14,036 nucleotides of DNA from Tubiluchus corallicola (lineage: Eukaryota > Animalia > Priapulida). The notes under the pieces were generated by a model. That model ran no database searches, had not been told where the DNA came from, and worked only from the letters and a program-made list of their open reading frames with translations. The stretch lies in NCBI GenBank assembly GCA_030141605.1, contig JAQGDQ010002126.1:1-14036 (forward strand), given 5' to 3'. The position numbers and the translations under genes were made by a program. Each line of letters begins with the position of its first letter. Position 1 is the stretch's first letter. Of this stretch, positions 1 to 9,990 are shown in pieces.

Positions 1-150
1 TGCCTATCCTTGCTCTGCCTTACCTTCCACGCACAACATGCCCAGGGCTGCTTTCCTTGCTCTGGGTTTGAGTTGCATTACCTGACCTTGCTTTATCTCG
101 CCTTCCCAAACTGCACTGCACTGTATTCGATGTCTTGCACTGTACTACCA
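1..150. repeat. Pyrimidine-rich low-complexity intronic stretch with degenerate short repeats (cttgc/ccttac/ctgta-like)
   Basis: Recurring ccttg/cttac/ttgcc/actgt words at roughly 5-nt spacing; the overlapping ORF 10..255 is Leu/Cys/Pro-rich with no recognisable motif. Confidence 0.35.
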
Positions 151-293
151 TTGCCTGTCTTAAATCGCTCCTGTATCATCTCTTCATCTGACTTTGCGTC
201 GCTTTTGGCAATGAACAAGCCCAAAAATCTTGATTTTGATTACCCCCTTTTTTAATTATTTTTTTTTTGACGGACACACTTTTTTCCACACAG

Positions 294-447
294 GGAGGTG
301 GCATGTTCAGAGGTTGCTATGTGGCATATCTACGGCATTATCTGCGTGTCTTTCCTAGAGATCAGATACTGATCCTCCGCTTTGAAGACACAGTAAAAGA
401 CTTTCAGTCCACGATTCAGCGAATCTACAAGTTTTTGGAACTAAAAG
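294..447 (+). CDS. Internal coding exon of a CHST15 (GalNAc 4-sulfate 6-O-sulfotransferase)-like sulfotransferase; gene begins upstream of the window
   Basis: Polypyrimidine tract plus acceptor tttttccacacag ending at 293; donor AAG|gtgaaa at 448. Translation GGGMFRGCYVAYLRHYLRVFPRDQILILRFEDTVKDFQSTIQRIYKFLELK resembles the CHST15/HS3ST-type pattern G.Y..YL..WL.VF...Q.LILR.ED......TM..V..FL.L. Exon is 154 nt, phase 0 to phase 1. Confidence 0.85.
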
Positions 448-1661
448 GTGAAAATGATACCAGGTCAATACTCGGTTTTGCTGTACGTATAAAATGAAAA
501 CTTCTGTTACAAATGAACAGAAATGCGCACATTTAATTCGTTTTCCTTTTTATAGGCATTTTTATTTCTCCTTTATACTAAAGGAATTATATCGTATATG
601 TTACACTGTGCCGTGAGACTTGATCTTGTTATTGTAAAATAAGTTACGAGATGCGGGAACGTTAGCATGTTTTACCTAAATAAAATTTCTATCCAAAACT
701 ATCCTGTTTTCTAGAAGCACCAGCTTACCATCTTGTACAGTCTAAATGATGAAATTAATCAGATTGTACAAAAACACCGAGTAACAATGCAATGCTGAAC
801 CAGTAGAGGATTTTTGAAGCCCTCGGTATTCCGCAGTCCTGAGAGGTATGATGGTAGCAGATGGTGTCTGGAAACTCACTGGACTTTAACACCGATGGAT
901 ATATTGCAACAGTCGTGAAGAGCAGAGTGGGACCTAAAACGATCCAAGACCATAATTATTAATTCAAAAGAGAAGCTTGTGAGACATGTGCAAGATGTGT
1001 TGGAGGATCTTGAGTTTGGTTTTCATCTCTTCAACTCTCCGATTGTGCGAGACGCGCGAGGTTTCCAATCTACGTACGAACAAATATCAACAAATAAGTC
1101 TTTTCACAGTTTCGCTGTGCACACGCGCAGTTGCTGCAGGTCAAAGGTTAAGTGTAGCACAGCAACGCGTCTTAACTGCAATCATCACGTGACATGTGTG
1201 TAAACTATAGCCTACTAAACCAATGATTAGTAACTTCCGTTGTTTTACGTGGACTTTACTTAATTATGAATAATTATTAGTTTGTACGCAGAATGATTTA
1301 GTAGCAGGATCTTGCTTGGGAACAAACAAAATGAACTGGATTTTAGCTAGCTTTAAAACTGCTACTGTTACAGCGAAGCGTTTTCAAGTGTATACAAATA
1401 CGTTGTCTGGTACAATTAACTTTTGACCTTTTCACGATCATTGTCAATCGTTGGAAAAGTCTTGTGCAACAACACTGTAATGCAATAAATTGTTGTGTAC
1501 TGCTCGAATCCTTACAATGGTTATGTTCTATCCTGTAGTAAGCTTTTTCTTTGCGACCTATTGACACAACCTCCAGTTATGACTTTCCCGAACTATTACG
1601 ACTCAAAGTGTATTCATTGAGTGGCTCCCAGCAAACACAATTATAAAATTTCTTTTTTTAG

Positions 1662-1813
1662 ATAGCAATGTGAAGACAGTAAGAGCAAACATGTTCAAAA
1701 GGAAGGTGAATCTGTTAAATTCTACCAGGCTGTTACTTGACGACTTCTATTCTTCATTTAACAAAGATTTAGCTGAACTGCTGGGTGATGAAATGTGGCT
1801 TTGGGAACAGTAA
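1662..1813 (+). CDS. Terminal coding exon of the CHST15-like sulfotransferase (missed by the ORF track)
   Basis: Acceptor tttctttttttag ends at 1661 and is phase-1 compatible with exon 294-447. It reads (D)SNVKTVRANMFKRKVNLLNSTRLLLDDFYSSFNKDLAELLGDEMWLWEQ* with TAA at 1811-1813, matching the CHST15-family C-terminal signature T..LL.DFY.PFN..LA..L.DE.F.W. Confidence 0.85.
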
Positions 1814-1866
1814 GAAATTCCACCTCATGAAGTCACGTTACAAGTTCATATTTCAACTTGCTTGTT

Positions 1867-1928
1867 GCTATACGTTCTAAAAATTCCTTAGATCGTAGCT
1901 GTACGTTCTACAAATTCGTTAGATCGTT
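1867..1928. repeat. 31-bp tandem duplication (2 copies) in the presumed 3' UTR
   Basis: gctatacgttctaaaaattccttagatcgta (1867-1897) followed by gctgtacgttctacaaattcgttagatcgtt (1898-1928); 4 mismatches. Confidence 0.85.
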
Positions 1929-2334
1929 CTAAATACATCTTAACACAGATTTGTTTAAATTGTACATTTTGTGATGAATTATTTTTAATTTGTAGTGTTT
2001 TTTAAGTCTTATGTTTCTTGTGAATTAACGATTTTTATTGTTTAGGGTAACAGTATTTATACTATACATTAGTGAGACGTGCTATAGCCTTGTACATCAT
2101 ATTTCTACATGTGTACACCACATTGCACGTTTTAGTCATTACATTTTTATTTAATGGTGTGTTTCAAAGGTACGGCTTATACGCTCTTTATACTTCAAAA
2201 CCCATAACGCAATGACTAATTGTGTATATCTTCTGCTAATGCTTTTGTGTACCTAGATATTGCTCATTCTTATTTCCGCCTTAAAAGTCTGAACAAATAT
2301 TCTATCCCAAACCCTTCTATTCAGTCCTGTTTTG

Positions 2335-2387
2335 AATAAATGCATATTCTGCTTGCATCGATGAACATTTGTTACTCTATGAATAAA
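2335..2387 (+). terminator. Candidate polyadenylation signals of the CHST15-like gene
   Basis: AATAAA at 2335-2340 and 2382-2387, about 520-570 nt after the stop codon. The hexamer is common in AT-rich DNA. Confidence 0.35.
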
Positions 2388-3009
2388 AATATATGATGCA
2401 CGAGTTACTATGATGTAGATAGAGTCTAAATTATAGTGAGGTTATATTAAATAATTGTACATAAATACTTGTACAAGGCGCGTGAGACGATTGCGTACAT
2501 GGAAATATATGTGTTTAAGCCAGTTGCTGTAACTTGTTTAATTTGTGCAAGGGACAAGCAAGGGGAACAAATAGGTTGACTTTCAAATATCTTCCTAAAA
2601 AAACTTGAAGGGGTTGACTCTGGAAAATCGATATTCACAAGCTTACTGCTGCTGAGTAGGATACAAAAGAAAAAAGGAATCTGCATACACTAGACATAAA
2701 AACGTAACTACTAAGACAATGCAAAGAAACGTATAAACATTCTTGACAGCGTGGACTGTCAATCTACACTTATTGCCTTTAATTTTTATAACTTCTGTAT
2801 CTTCTGACGAATTTTAAAACACATACTTCTCATTAGAAAACGTATAATGAATATACTTCTGTTTACAAATTGCGTTTTTGACGACGTGTAATGATCTGAA
2901 TTTTACTAAAAGTTGGTTTAGCTTTGTTTTTGATCAATGTTGTTCCAGTCCTGAATGTGAGAAAGTCACATTTTCTTAGTCACATATATCAAGTACCGTC
3001 GCTGAAATT

Positions 3010-3588
3010 ATGAGTGCGATATCAGAAAGAAAACGTCTCAGAACTGCTTTCACCAAACGCATCAAAGACTTGAAACAAATTTATGATGTTTATATGGAAA
3101 AGGATAATAGTATCAGTTGCTGGGAGTGCAATGAACTAGCTTCAGGTATTCGTAAGTTAGAACTAATTGTCTGTGAGGTTAGTAATGAACATGAAGAAGT
3201 CTTGAGACTTATTGAGACTGAAGGTGAGCGAGTTAATGAGACTGAAGATACGCAATCATGCAAAAGTTGACGATGATGCTGAAGGTATCAAATTTATATC
3301 CAACAGGTTATTGAATCATATCGAGAACCATCATTCTCCAAATGTTGGTGACCATGATGTTGCTTGTGGCACATCCGACAGCATTCCACCTAGTGCTTAT
3401 CATTGATTGCCTCAGATCTCTCTACCCAAGTTCTCAGGTGATTACAGGAGACCCTTTCATGACAAGCACTGTCAGGCAGTGCACAATCTAGACATTCCGA
3501 CTGTATGTAAGTTACTTAAATACTGACTTCACTTCAAGTTGTCACCAAAGAGGCAGTCGCTGGCATTCCATGCACTACTGCTAATTAC
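3010..3588 (+). mobile_element. Decayed BEL/Pao LTR-retrotransposon gag fragment (DUF1759-like)
   Basis: ORF 3010..3270 (helical, RKRLRTAFTKRIK) frameshifts into ORF 3212..3406. After TGA at 3404-3406 the frame reads LPQISLPKFSGDYRRPFHDKHCQAVHNLDIPTVCKL, and after another shift LTSLQVVTKEAVAGIPCTTANY. This fits the Pao gag pattern LP...LPKFSGD...F.D.F..AVH..D.....K..YL.S.L.G.A...V.G...T..NY. No LTRs or pol found. Confidence 0.85.
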
Positions 3589-5348
3589 TGCTCTGAACCA
3601 ACTGCACTGAATATATGAGCAGTTGGTTTTGGTTTATATTTTGTATTTATGTCTGTGAAGCAAAGCCAATTCAGCCAACTTATAGCTTTTTTCTCAAGCT
3701 CAGTTGAGCTCCGCTTTGTTACACATCAACTATATCGCACTAATGATGTCTACAATCATTGCCCATTAGAGGTGTCTGTCTGTCAGTGCTCATATGCATG
3801 TAGTTTGCATTTTGTAAAACATAATTTTTGCAGGTGGGTTCAGCACAGATTAAACCTCGGTGAACAAACTCAAGCTTGCATATTAACTGTTCAAAAAGGC
3901 ATATACATTTTTGTGAATATGTATACCAGCACAGCACAGAATTCAAGCTTCTTGCATTATTTAGTGCTAAAACGCAAAATCTTCATTAAAATATATCAGA
4001 AACTGAAGATTTTGCAAATAATAATAGTACAAGCTTGTTCCAGTCGACACTGGAAGGCAGTGATAACGATGGCAGGCAACAGTGAAGCTGACCTTGACCC
4101 GATAGTTAGTCAGCTAATAGAAAGGATCATCATTACGCGATTTCATCAAATTTTCGAAAGTACGATATTTTACCACAGTGGAAACTTTTTTTAATAATAA
4201 AATGGCCCTCTGTAATTGTGTATTCTGACAGATGTGTCAAACAACCAACAAGAGCAAGAATAGACCTACCTGTAGGACGTTTCTAAGATATTTCTGGCAA
4301 TAACTGAAAACATGGTCAGCAAAACGGTTCGCAAATATGTAATCCTGCACTCGTTACAAAAATGAATATTGTAAAAACAAGCCCGATAAGGTGACTTCAT
4401 TCTGGCAGAAGTCTTGTTTTTAGAAGATCACACATACTTTGCCCATTTTTACATCAAAATATTTTTCTTAATTCTGAAACCCAACGACATATAATTGTGG
4501 CTATTGTTTAGCTATTGTTATAATATAAACAACAGCACTTCACACTAAGCAACAAATTCACAAGATAATGAAAAGACAATGATCGCTTTAATACGCAAAT
4601 CAAGCCCGTCTTTTTTCACTTAGCCTATCTACAACAAAGGTGTGATAATTTACCCACAATGGAACACATGTATACTACAATCCTGGATTTGACAGCAAAA
4701 AAGTTGCCGTTTTGAACTGAAAAACATGGGTGGTACCAACCTGATATGAAAAGCAAAGGCGACGCTATATTGAAATAAAAATGCATGGCCTTTATCTACT
4801 ATTATCTATTATTCACCATCTTGAATAAAAAAGGCTAGTCATGGTAGATGTTGTCGCCTTGGACAATTTGGTTTTACCAGCCATTTGTTTTATTGACAAA
4901 ACAGAGGAAAAGTAAGCAACAGAAAGGCTGAAATAGGTCTCTTCTATAGATTAGACTACAGAAGAGAACTTTTTGTTTCTACGAATTTTGGACAAATGAC
5001 TGTCGTCTCGTAGACAAGATCAAATACAGTACAAGCTAGCTGGTTTTAACACTTGAGTCAGCCTGCACCCAGCTGGTCTAGTAGTAGAAATTCAGCCTTT
5101 TTAATGCAGGCAAGTTTTCGATTCCAGGCTTTCCGCACTATTTGCTTGTAGTCTAGATGTGTAGATGATGTATACATTATTCAAGAAACAGCATTTGTCA
5201 TTAATTAGAGAAGGTGCTAAAAATCAATATAAAATTAAAAAAACAGAAGTGATGTGAAATGACACTTAACTAATTGCAGTTTTTTAAAACTGTGGAAATC
5301 GAAAATACGCTTTCTAGTACAACTTTAATATAAAATAATTGATGTGTT

Positions 5349-6455
5349 TTAGCTCTCCACACAATTTCCCTGTACCACCCACCAGTCGTGAATATCGTAA
5401 ACTTTCTGAGGTTGATACGGGTTATTCAGTTTTTCACACAAAAGGCAAAAACTTTCATGGGAATTTCGTTTGATGCCATAATATTTCTTCCAATGAAAAT
5501 ATTTTAAATATTCAGTGTCATTTTTGTCTAAGTATAGTAAATATTTGGCAAGTTGTTTTGGTGATGCAAACTCAGCAGTGTTGATAACTGAATGAGGGGG
5601 TGTTAGTTTACTATAGTCAGCACTTCCTCTGACAACTGGTACCACCTCATACAACAACGTACTGTACACTTTTTCAGTTATATAGTCACGGCAGAAAGAA
5701 TTCTCGAATGATAAATAAAACTTGTAGTCTCTTTTTAGCATCTCATTGCAGTACCTCTTTTCTACACATGTTAGGTTACCACATTTACCATAAACATCTA
5801 CATTTAGATATTTGCTTAATTGTTTGACATATTCCATGCGGTCAGTATAGTCTGTTTTGCAGTTACTAACAAACCATGCAACTAGTTTCGTTTTTTCTTT
5901 TGGAATTTTCACAATTGTTTGTTCTTTTCTAAAAAATCTACCATACAAACGTGGAATATCTGAGTCTTGACGATATGTCATTGTCCAATTAAATATGTTT
6001 TTTAAATGTGTCAAATCTGGATTTTTACCATGTGTAGCAAATTTCATTCTGATGGGACTTTCTTCCACAAAGAAAACCCAGCGTTGCCCTGATGGCCTGG
6101 AACTAGGAAAAGGATCTGTTGTGAACTCTTTCTCAATCCTCATATGTACAACCACTGCTGCACTTTCGTTCAATCGAGATTTGTCGTGTGTTATTTCACA
6201 GTTTCTTTGGTGATCTGGACAAAGACTAGGAAAAGGATTTTCAATTCCATACCTGAAGAATGGACTGTGGTAGTGCCTATTCCAGAGTAGTATAACTTTT
6301 TCATTTAATTGCGCACTTTGGTCTTGGAAGAAACTGATGTTTCTATCTTTCCTAGCATTTTTCACTAGCTTCAAAGGTATTTCACTTAAAATTGTCCACA
6401 TAGAAACAGAAACCAGACAAAAAATCCATATACATGTTGCCATTTTTTTATTCAT
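5349..6455 (-). CDS. Alpha-1,3-fucosyltransferase, glycosyltransferase family 10 (FucTC/FUT4-7/9-like), type II Golgi membrane protein, 368 aa, single coding exon
   Basis: N-terminal hydrophobic anchor ATCIWIFCLVSVSMWTIL; GT10 motifs ILLW, AVVVHMR, RPSGQRWVFFVEESP, FNWTMTYRQDSDI, KLVAWFVSNC, VDVYGKCG, YKFYLSFENSFCRDYITEK, VVPVVRG, YLKYFHWK, FCLLCEKL. The real start may be Met5 (aaaATGg). Confidence 0.96.
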   Translation of the reverse strand: MNKKMATCIWIFCLVSVSMWTILSEIPLKLVKNARKDRNISFFQDQSAQLNEKVILLWNRHYHSPFFRYGIENPFPSLCPDHQRNCEITHDKSRLNESAAVVVHMRIEKEFTTDPFPSSRPSGQRWVFFVEESPIRMKFATHGKNPDLTHLKNIFNWTMTYRQDSDIPRLYGRFFRKEQTIVKIPKEKTKLVAWFVSNCKTDYTDRMEYVKQLSKYLNVDVYGKCGNLTCVEKRYCNEMLKRDYKFYLSFENSFCRDYITEKVYSTLLYEVVPVVRGSADYSKLTPPHSVINTAEFASPKQLAKYLLYLDKNDTEYLKYFHWKKYYGIKRNSHESFCLLCEKLNNPYQPQKVYDIHDWWVVQGNCVES

Positions 6456-6557
6456 TTTGTCATTTCAATTCAATAAACTTACAAATAAAAGTGTTCAACA
6501 AGAATACCAGATAAGAACAATATAAATCAATGTATATTTTTGCTAGCTTCGACAGGT

Positions 6558-6565
6558 CTGTAAAA
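6558..6565 (-). promoter_or_regulatory. Candidate splice acceptor for a 5' UTR intron of the fucosyltransferase
   Basis: Minus strand reads ttttacag|acc about 100 nt upstream of the ATG. GT10 genes often have non-coding 5' exons. Also copied at 13568-13575. Confidence 0.35.
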
Positions 6566-7074
6566 CTTTTCTAGCTTGAGTCAAATGGTGATAGTAAAGT
6601 TTCGGTCAGGGATCAGTGCCCAGTGCTTAATGTGCGCCGGGTCTGCAAGTTACGGACACTGCACCTAAAGAAAACGCAATGTCTCGCCGGGTTACATATT
6701 TTATGTTTTCTCACCATATTATCTATATGTCTATCGGTAACACGTTTGTAACACACTTTCCGTCTTTTAGTCAACAAAATTGAACTATATACGATAACAA
6801 TTGGCACCTCTTTGTTGCTGCAACGTTTCCGAAAAAAAGAAAAACATTTCTTGAGAAGTTGTACATAAGAATAAAGAATTAACTCATTAAATCGCCTAGT
6901 AATTTTTTTACTTTAGACTTGAAAAGTTAGGTGCAACAAATTTTAGCTGTAATCAGTTGGTGTGTGCCACATGATTGTCTTTGGCAGAAGCACATCAACA
7001 TGTAAAGTTCACCTGAAGTTTTATTACTGAACCGTACATCTGTGCTGTTTTAAATACATCACTAGTACACTTTT

Positions 7075-7136
7075 TAAGCTTAATTATGTACTAAGTGTGT
7101 ACTAAGCTTAAGTATGTATTAAGCTTGATGATGTAC
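7075..7136. repeat. Short degenerate tandem repeat (~17 bp, taagcttaa.tatgtac-like, about 3.5 units)
   Basis: Recurring taagctt and tgtac/tgtat words; mirrored in the inverted copy at about 12884-12945. Confidence 0.55.
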
Positions 7137-7559
7137 ACATAGTATTTGTTTAGTCAATTCTACAATTCTACATTAACTAGTAATAGCAATTATCTGTTTT
7201 GCTTACATTTTTACTGTACCAGCTTTTGTAAATTATAAATGGTCCAAGAAAATCCAGTAATTACAGTAATCTATTTGTATATAGATGAGGCGTGTATAAC
7301 CACCAATAAAAACATTAATCCTGCCTATTGTGTTGGAGAATACGCTAATGCTCATTATGCACATTAGGGACAACCTGGGTGACCTGAGTAACAACAGGTA
7401 ATTACTAATATCCCTGTAACAAAAATATGTTTAGAAGATGGTGACACCGACTTTCTAAAGTGAGTCATAATAATATCTATAACATGGTCACATCTGTTAA
7501 CTAAAAAATACCAAAGTATTATAAGCTGATGTCCTTAAAATGTTACGAACTGATTAGTT

Positions 7560-9330
7560 GATCAGCATTTACTTGCTGTTTGGCAAAGTCAGTTATTTCA
7601 AATAAACGTTTATAAAAAGCACCTATATTATTTTTTAGCAATTTATTGTACAATTCAAATCTCTTCAAACTGAATTAAGGCTTTGCACAAATCAACTAAA
7701 CAATAAAATTTATGATTTCGTTTCAAAAATTTATCAATAAGTGTTTTTAATGCAAACATATGGTCACTGGTAAGGCACTCTTTTTTAAATCCTATTTGAC
7801 CTTCATGCAAAATGTTATTATCATTCAGAAATTTTTTTAAACTCAAATTCAGAATTTTTGCAAAAAAATGATTAAGCTGCGTAAAATGGCAATTCCTCTG
7901 TTATTGTTTGGGTCCGTTGCATTTAAAATTTTGAATGTTGGGATGATGCAGCTTTCCTTTCAGTGGCTAGAATAGCAAGAATCAGAAAAGATCAAATGAG
8001 TAATTTACGAAGACAAGGACCATAACCTTGCTTGATGCTTTGAGCATTTCATTTTTAACATTTTTAACGTCTGTAACAGCAGCTTTGTTATTTTTTAACT
8101 GTTTAATGGCTATCAGATTTTCCGTGTCAGCTATTCTATAATCTAGCTGAGAAAAAGTGTTATTTTCCTCAATACATTTGGACAATTTTTTTTAGTTTTC
8201 CTCCAAAAGCTATCGTTACTATTCAGTAAACTTCGAAAATGTTTACCACATTTTCCATTGCCCTTGTTCATGGTAATTTCTGGGTTCTGATTATCTTTCA
8301 CGTGTTTGATTAAGTTCCAAAAAGCCTATGGATTTTTTGTTTCCCGTTCAGTTGGTTGTTTCGTAACACGGGCTTGCTATTCCCTGTGTGCTTTCTGCTT
8401 GATCTTTTTATAATACCTCTGTTCACTAAAGCACGGCTCTCGTAAGTTTCATGGGGCGCTTAGCAATTTAAAATGCAAATATTTTAGTCGGTTGTGGGCT
8501 GCTTTACATTGACTGTTAAACCATTTCTTATTTGGCCGGCGTTTTTATTTGGCGTGGCATTTACTTTTATTTAGACCATTTCTTTTAACTAACGATGCAG
8601 CTGTAAGCAAAATGGAATTAATGTTATTTACAGCCGCTTCAATCTCGTTCTTGTTTACATTATAATTCTGTTGCATGAACACAGTGATTTGGCAATTTGC
8701 TATGCCGGAATCCAGAGCATTTTGAAAGAGTTCCCGAGTTCCATCGCATTTTTTCTGGAAATTTTCGTAGTTGACAATTAATGTCATTTTCTGTATATAT
8801 TATGTTTCTCAATGTCATCAAAATTTGGCAATGATCTGACTCGGGCACTTTTCCGGACACTTCAAACGATACTACTTTATCTATCATATCACTACTAGCA
8901 ACAGCTTAATCAATGACGCTAGAGACCCTAACGTTATAAACGTAAACCTGCTAATAGAATCTCCCAAATGCACGCTCATTCAGAATTCTAAGACTGCACG
9001 ATTTACATGGTTCAAGAAGTTTCTGACCATAATCATCAGTACGGTGATTATTCTGGGTATTTCCTTTGAGCATATAACTATCATATACGTAATCAGGTGG
9101 TAATATAATATACGTGTCATAATCATTCACTATGTAATCTAGTTCTGTATTGGTTTTAGAATTCAAGTGAGCGATTTTAAAAATAATATTTAATTCTAGA
9201 AATTTATATAAATCTAATTCATTACAATTTCTAGTTGAGAAAGAAGTCTTTTGGATGTACATAAACCACACATAAATACAATAGGCAAATGTATTCAGAA
9301 CAGCTCAGTGGCAGAAAGAATATTCACACG
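7560..9330 (-). mobile_element. Decayed non-LTR retrotransposon (LINE) ORF2 remnant: APE endonuclease C-terminal half, linker and N-terminal part of reverse transcriptase; boundaries approximate
   Basis: Collinear broken-frame motifs on the minus strand: YGQKLLEPCKSCSLRILNER, SSVID*AV, ESDHCQI (APE endonuclease); KKWFNSQCK, KNP*AFWNLIK (linker); AIKQLKNNKAA..D...NEMLK, DPNNNRGIAI, FLNDNNILHEGQIGFKK..TSDHMFALKTLIDK, VDLCKA (RT). Many stops and frameshifts; no YADD region seen. Confidence 0.9.
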
Positions 9331-9852
9331 ATAGAATAAACTATTAGTATTCCATGAGTTAATAGTAACTGAATGTTGCATAATTATTAGGAGCAATGAA
9401 AATTATCTTAAGTGCATGTACGTGAACACAATATATAATTGCAGAGATAATAAACAATTATGCAGACTATGTACAATTTGTGCATACTGGAAAGGGCAGC
9501 AAAACGAAAAAGAAACACATGTATAAGCACAAATTTACATTCACTCTATAAGTGTAAAATTGTCTCATAAACAAGGAACACAAACTGACACATAACTATT
9601 AGACGAGAAAAAATAACACAACGAGGTTATAATTATGACTCTACTTATAGGGATCGCAAGCGTCAAGTGGTCGCCTGTACAAAGGTATTGATGAAATCTA
9701 TAACTTCAGGTTAACAAGAGTAACTCGTGCAAAAAATGCAGCCTTTGCGCCTATAGATTTGCGCACGTTGTAGGAACCGGAATAAACTAGGTAGTAATAA
9801 TGTTCAACTCATTCGTCGGAATCCGTGACAATAATGTGAAGTTTCGGCAATA

Positions 9853-9858
9853 TTTATT
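9853..9858 (-). terminator. Candidate polyadenylation signal for the CHST11-like gene
   Basis: tttatt on + (AATAAA on -) about 135 nt downstream of the stop codon. Confidence 0.35.
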
Positions 9859-9990
9859 CTGATATCTTCTTCTTAATCTTCTTCTTGGTTTGCATAGGTA
9901 AACATACCAACAATATAGAGAAGATTAATATCAATGATTTGGCATTTATGTGGGTCCGAAAATAAAGATTTTCGATTTTGCTGTCGATAT

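Noticed and set aside
267-497. 76-aa standalone ORF
   Set aside because: It starts at a TTG in a poly-T tract; only 294-447 is coding, as a spliced exon.
1185-1192. TCACGTGA E-box/CLEAR-like palindrome
   Set aside because: A single intronic 8-mer with no supporting context.
1343-2686. Short minus-strand ORFs 1343..1567 and 2447..2686
   Set aside because: No motifs; they fall in intron or intergenic AT-rich sequence and are of a length expected by chance.
2941-3009. Possible LTR end and primer-binding site before the Pao gag
   Set aside because: No clear TGG-initiated PBS and no second LTR copy could be identified.
3649-4194. 181-aa ORF
   Set aside because: No recognisable motif and composition typical of translated non-coding DNA; probably spurious, though a database search could overturn this.
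5995-6525. Plus-strand ORFs 5995..6213 and 6337..6525 (also 10540..10740 and 13347..13535)
   Set aside because: Antisense shadows of the real transferase genes; recurrence reflects DNA duplication, not protein conservation.
6613-6807. 64-aa ORF present twice (also 13623..13817)
   Set aside because: Non-ATG start, no motif, and the second copy is simply part of the direct duplication.
7560-9330. Retron, DGR or active reverse transcriptase system paired with the repeats
   Set aside because: The motifs are those of a eukaryotic APE-type LINE, heavily disrupted and lacking the catalytic YADD region.
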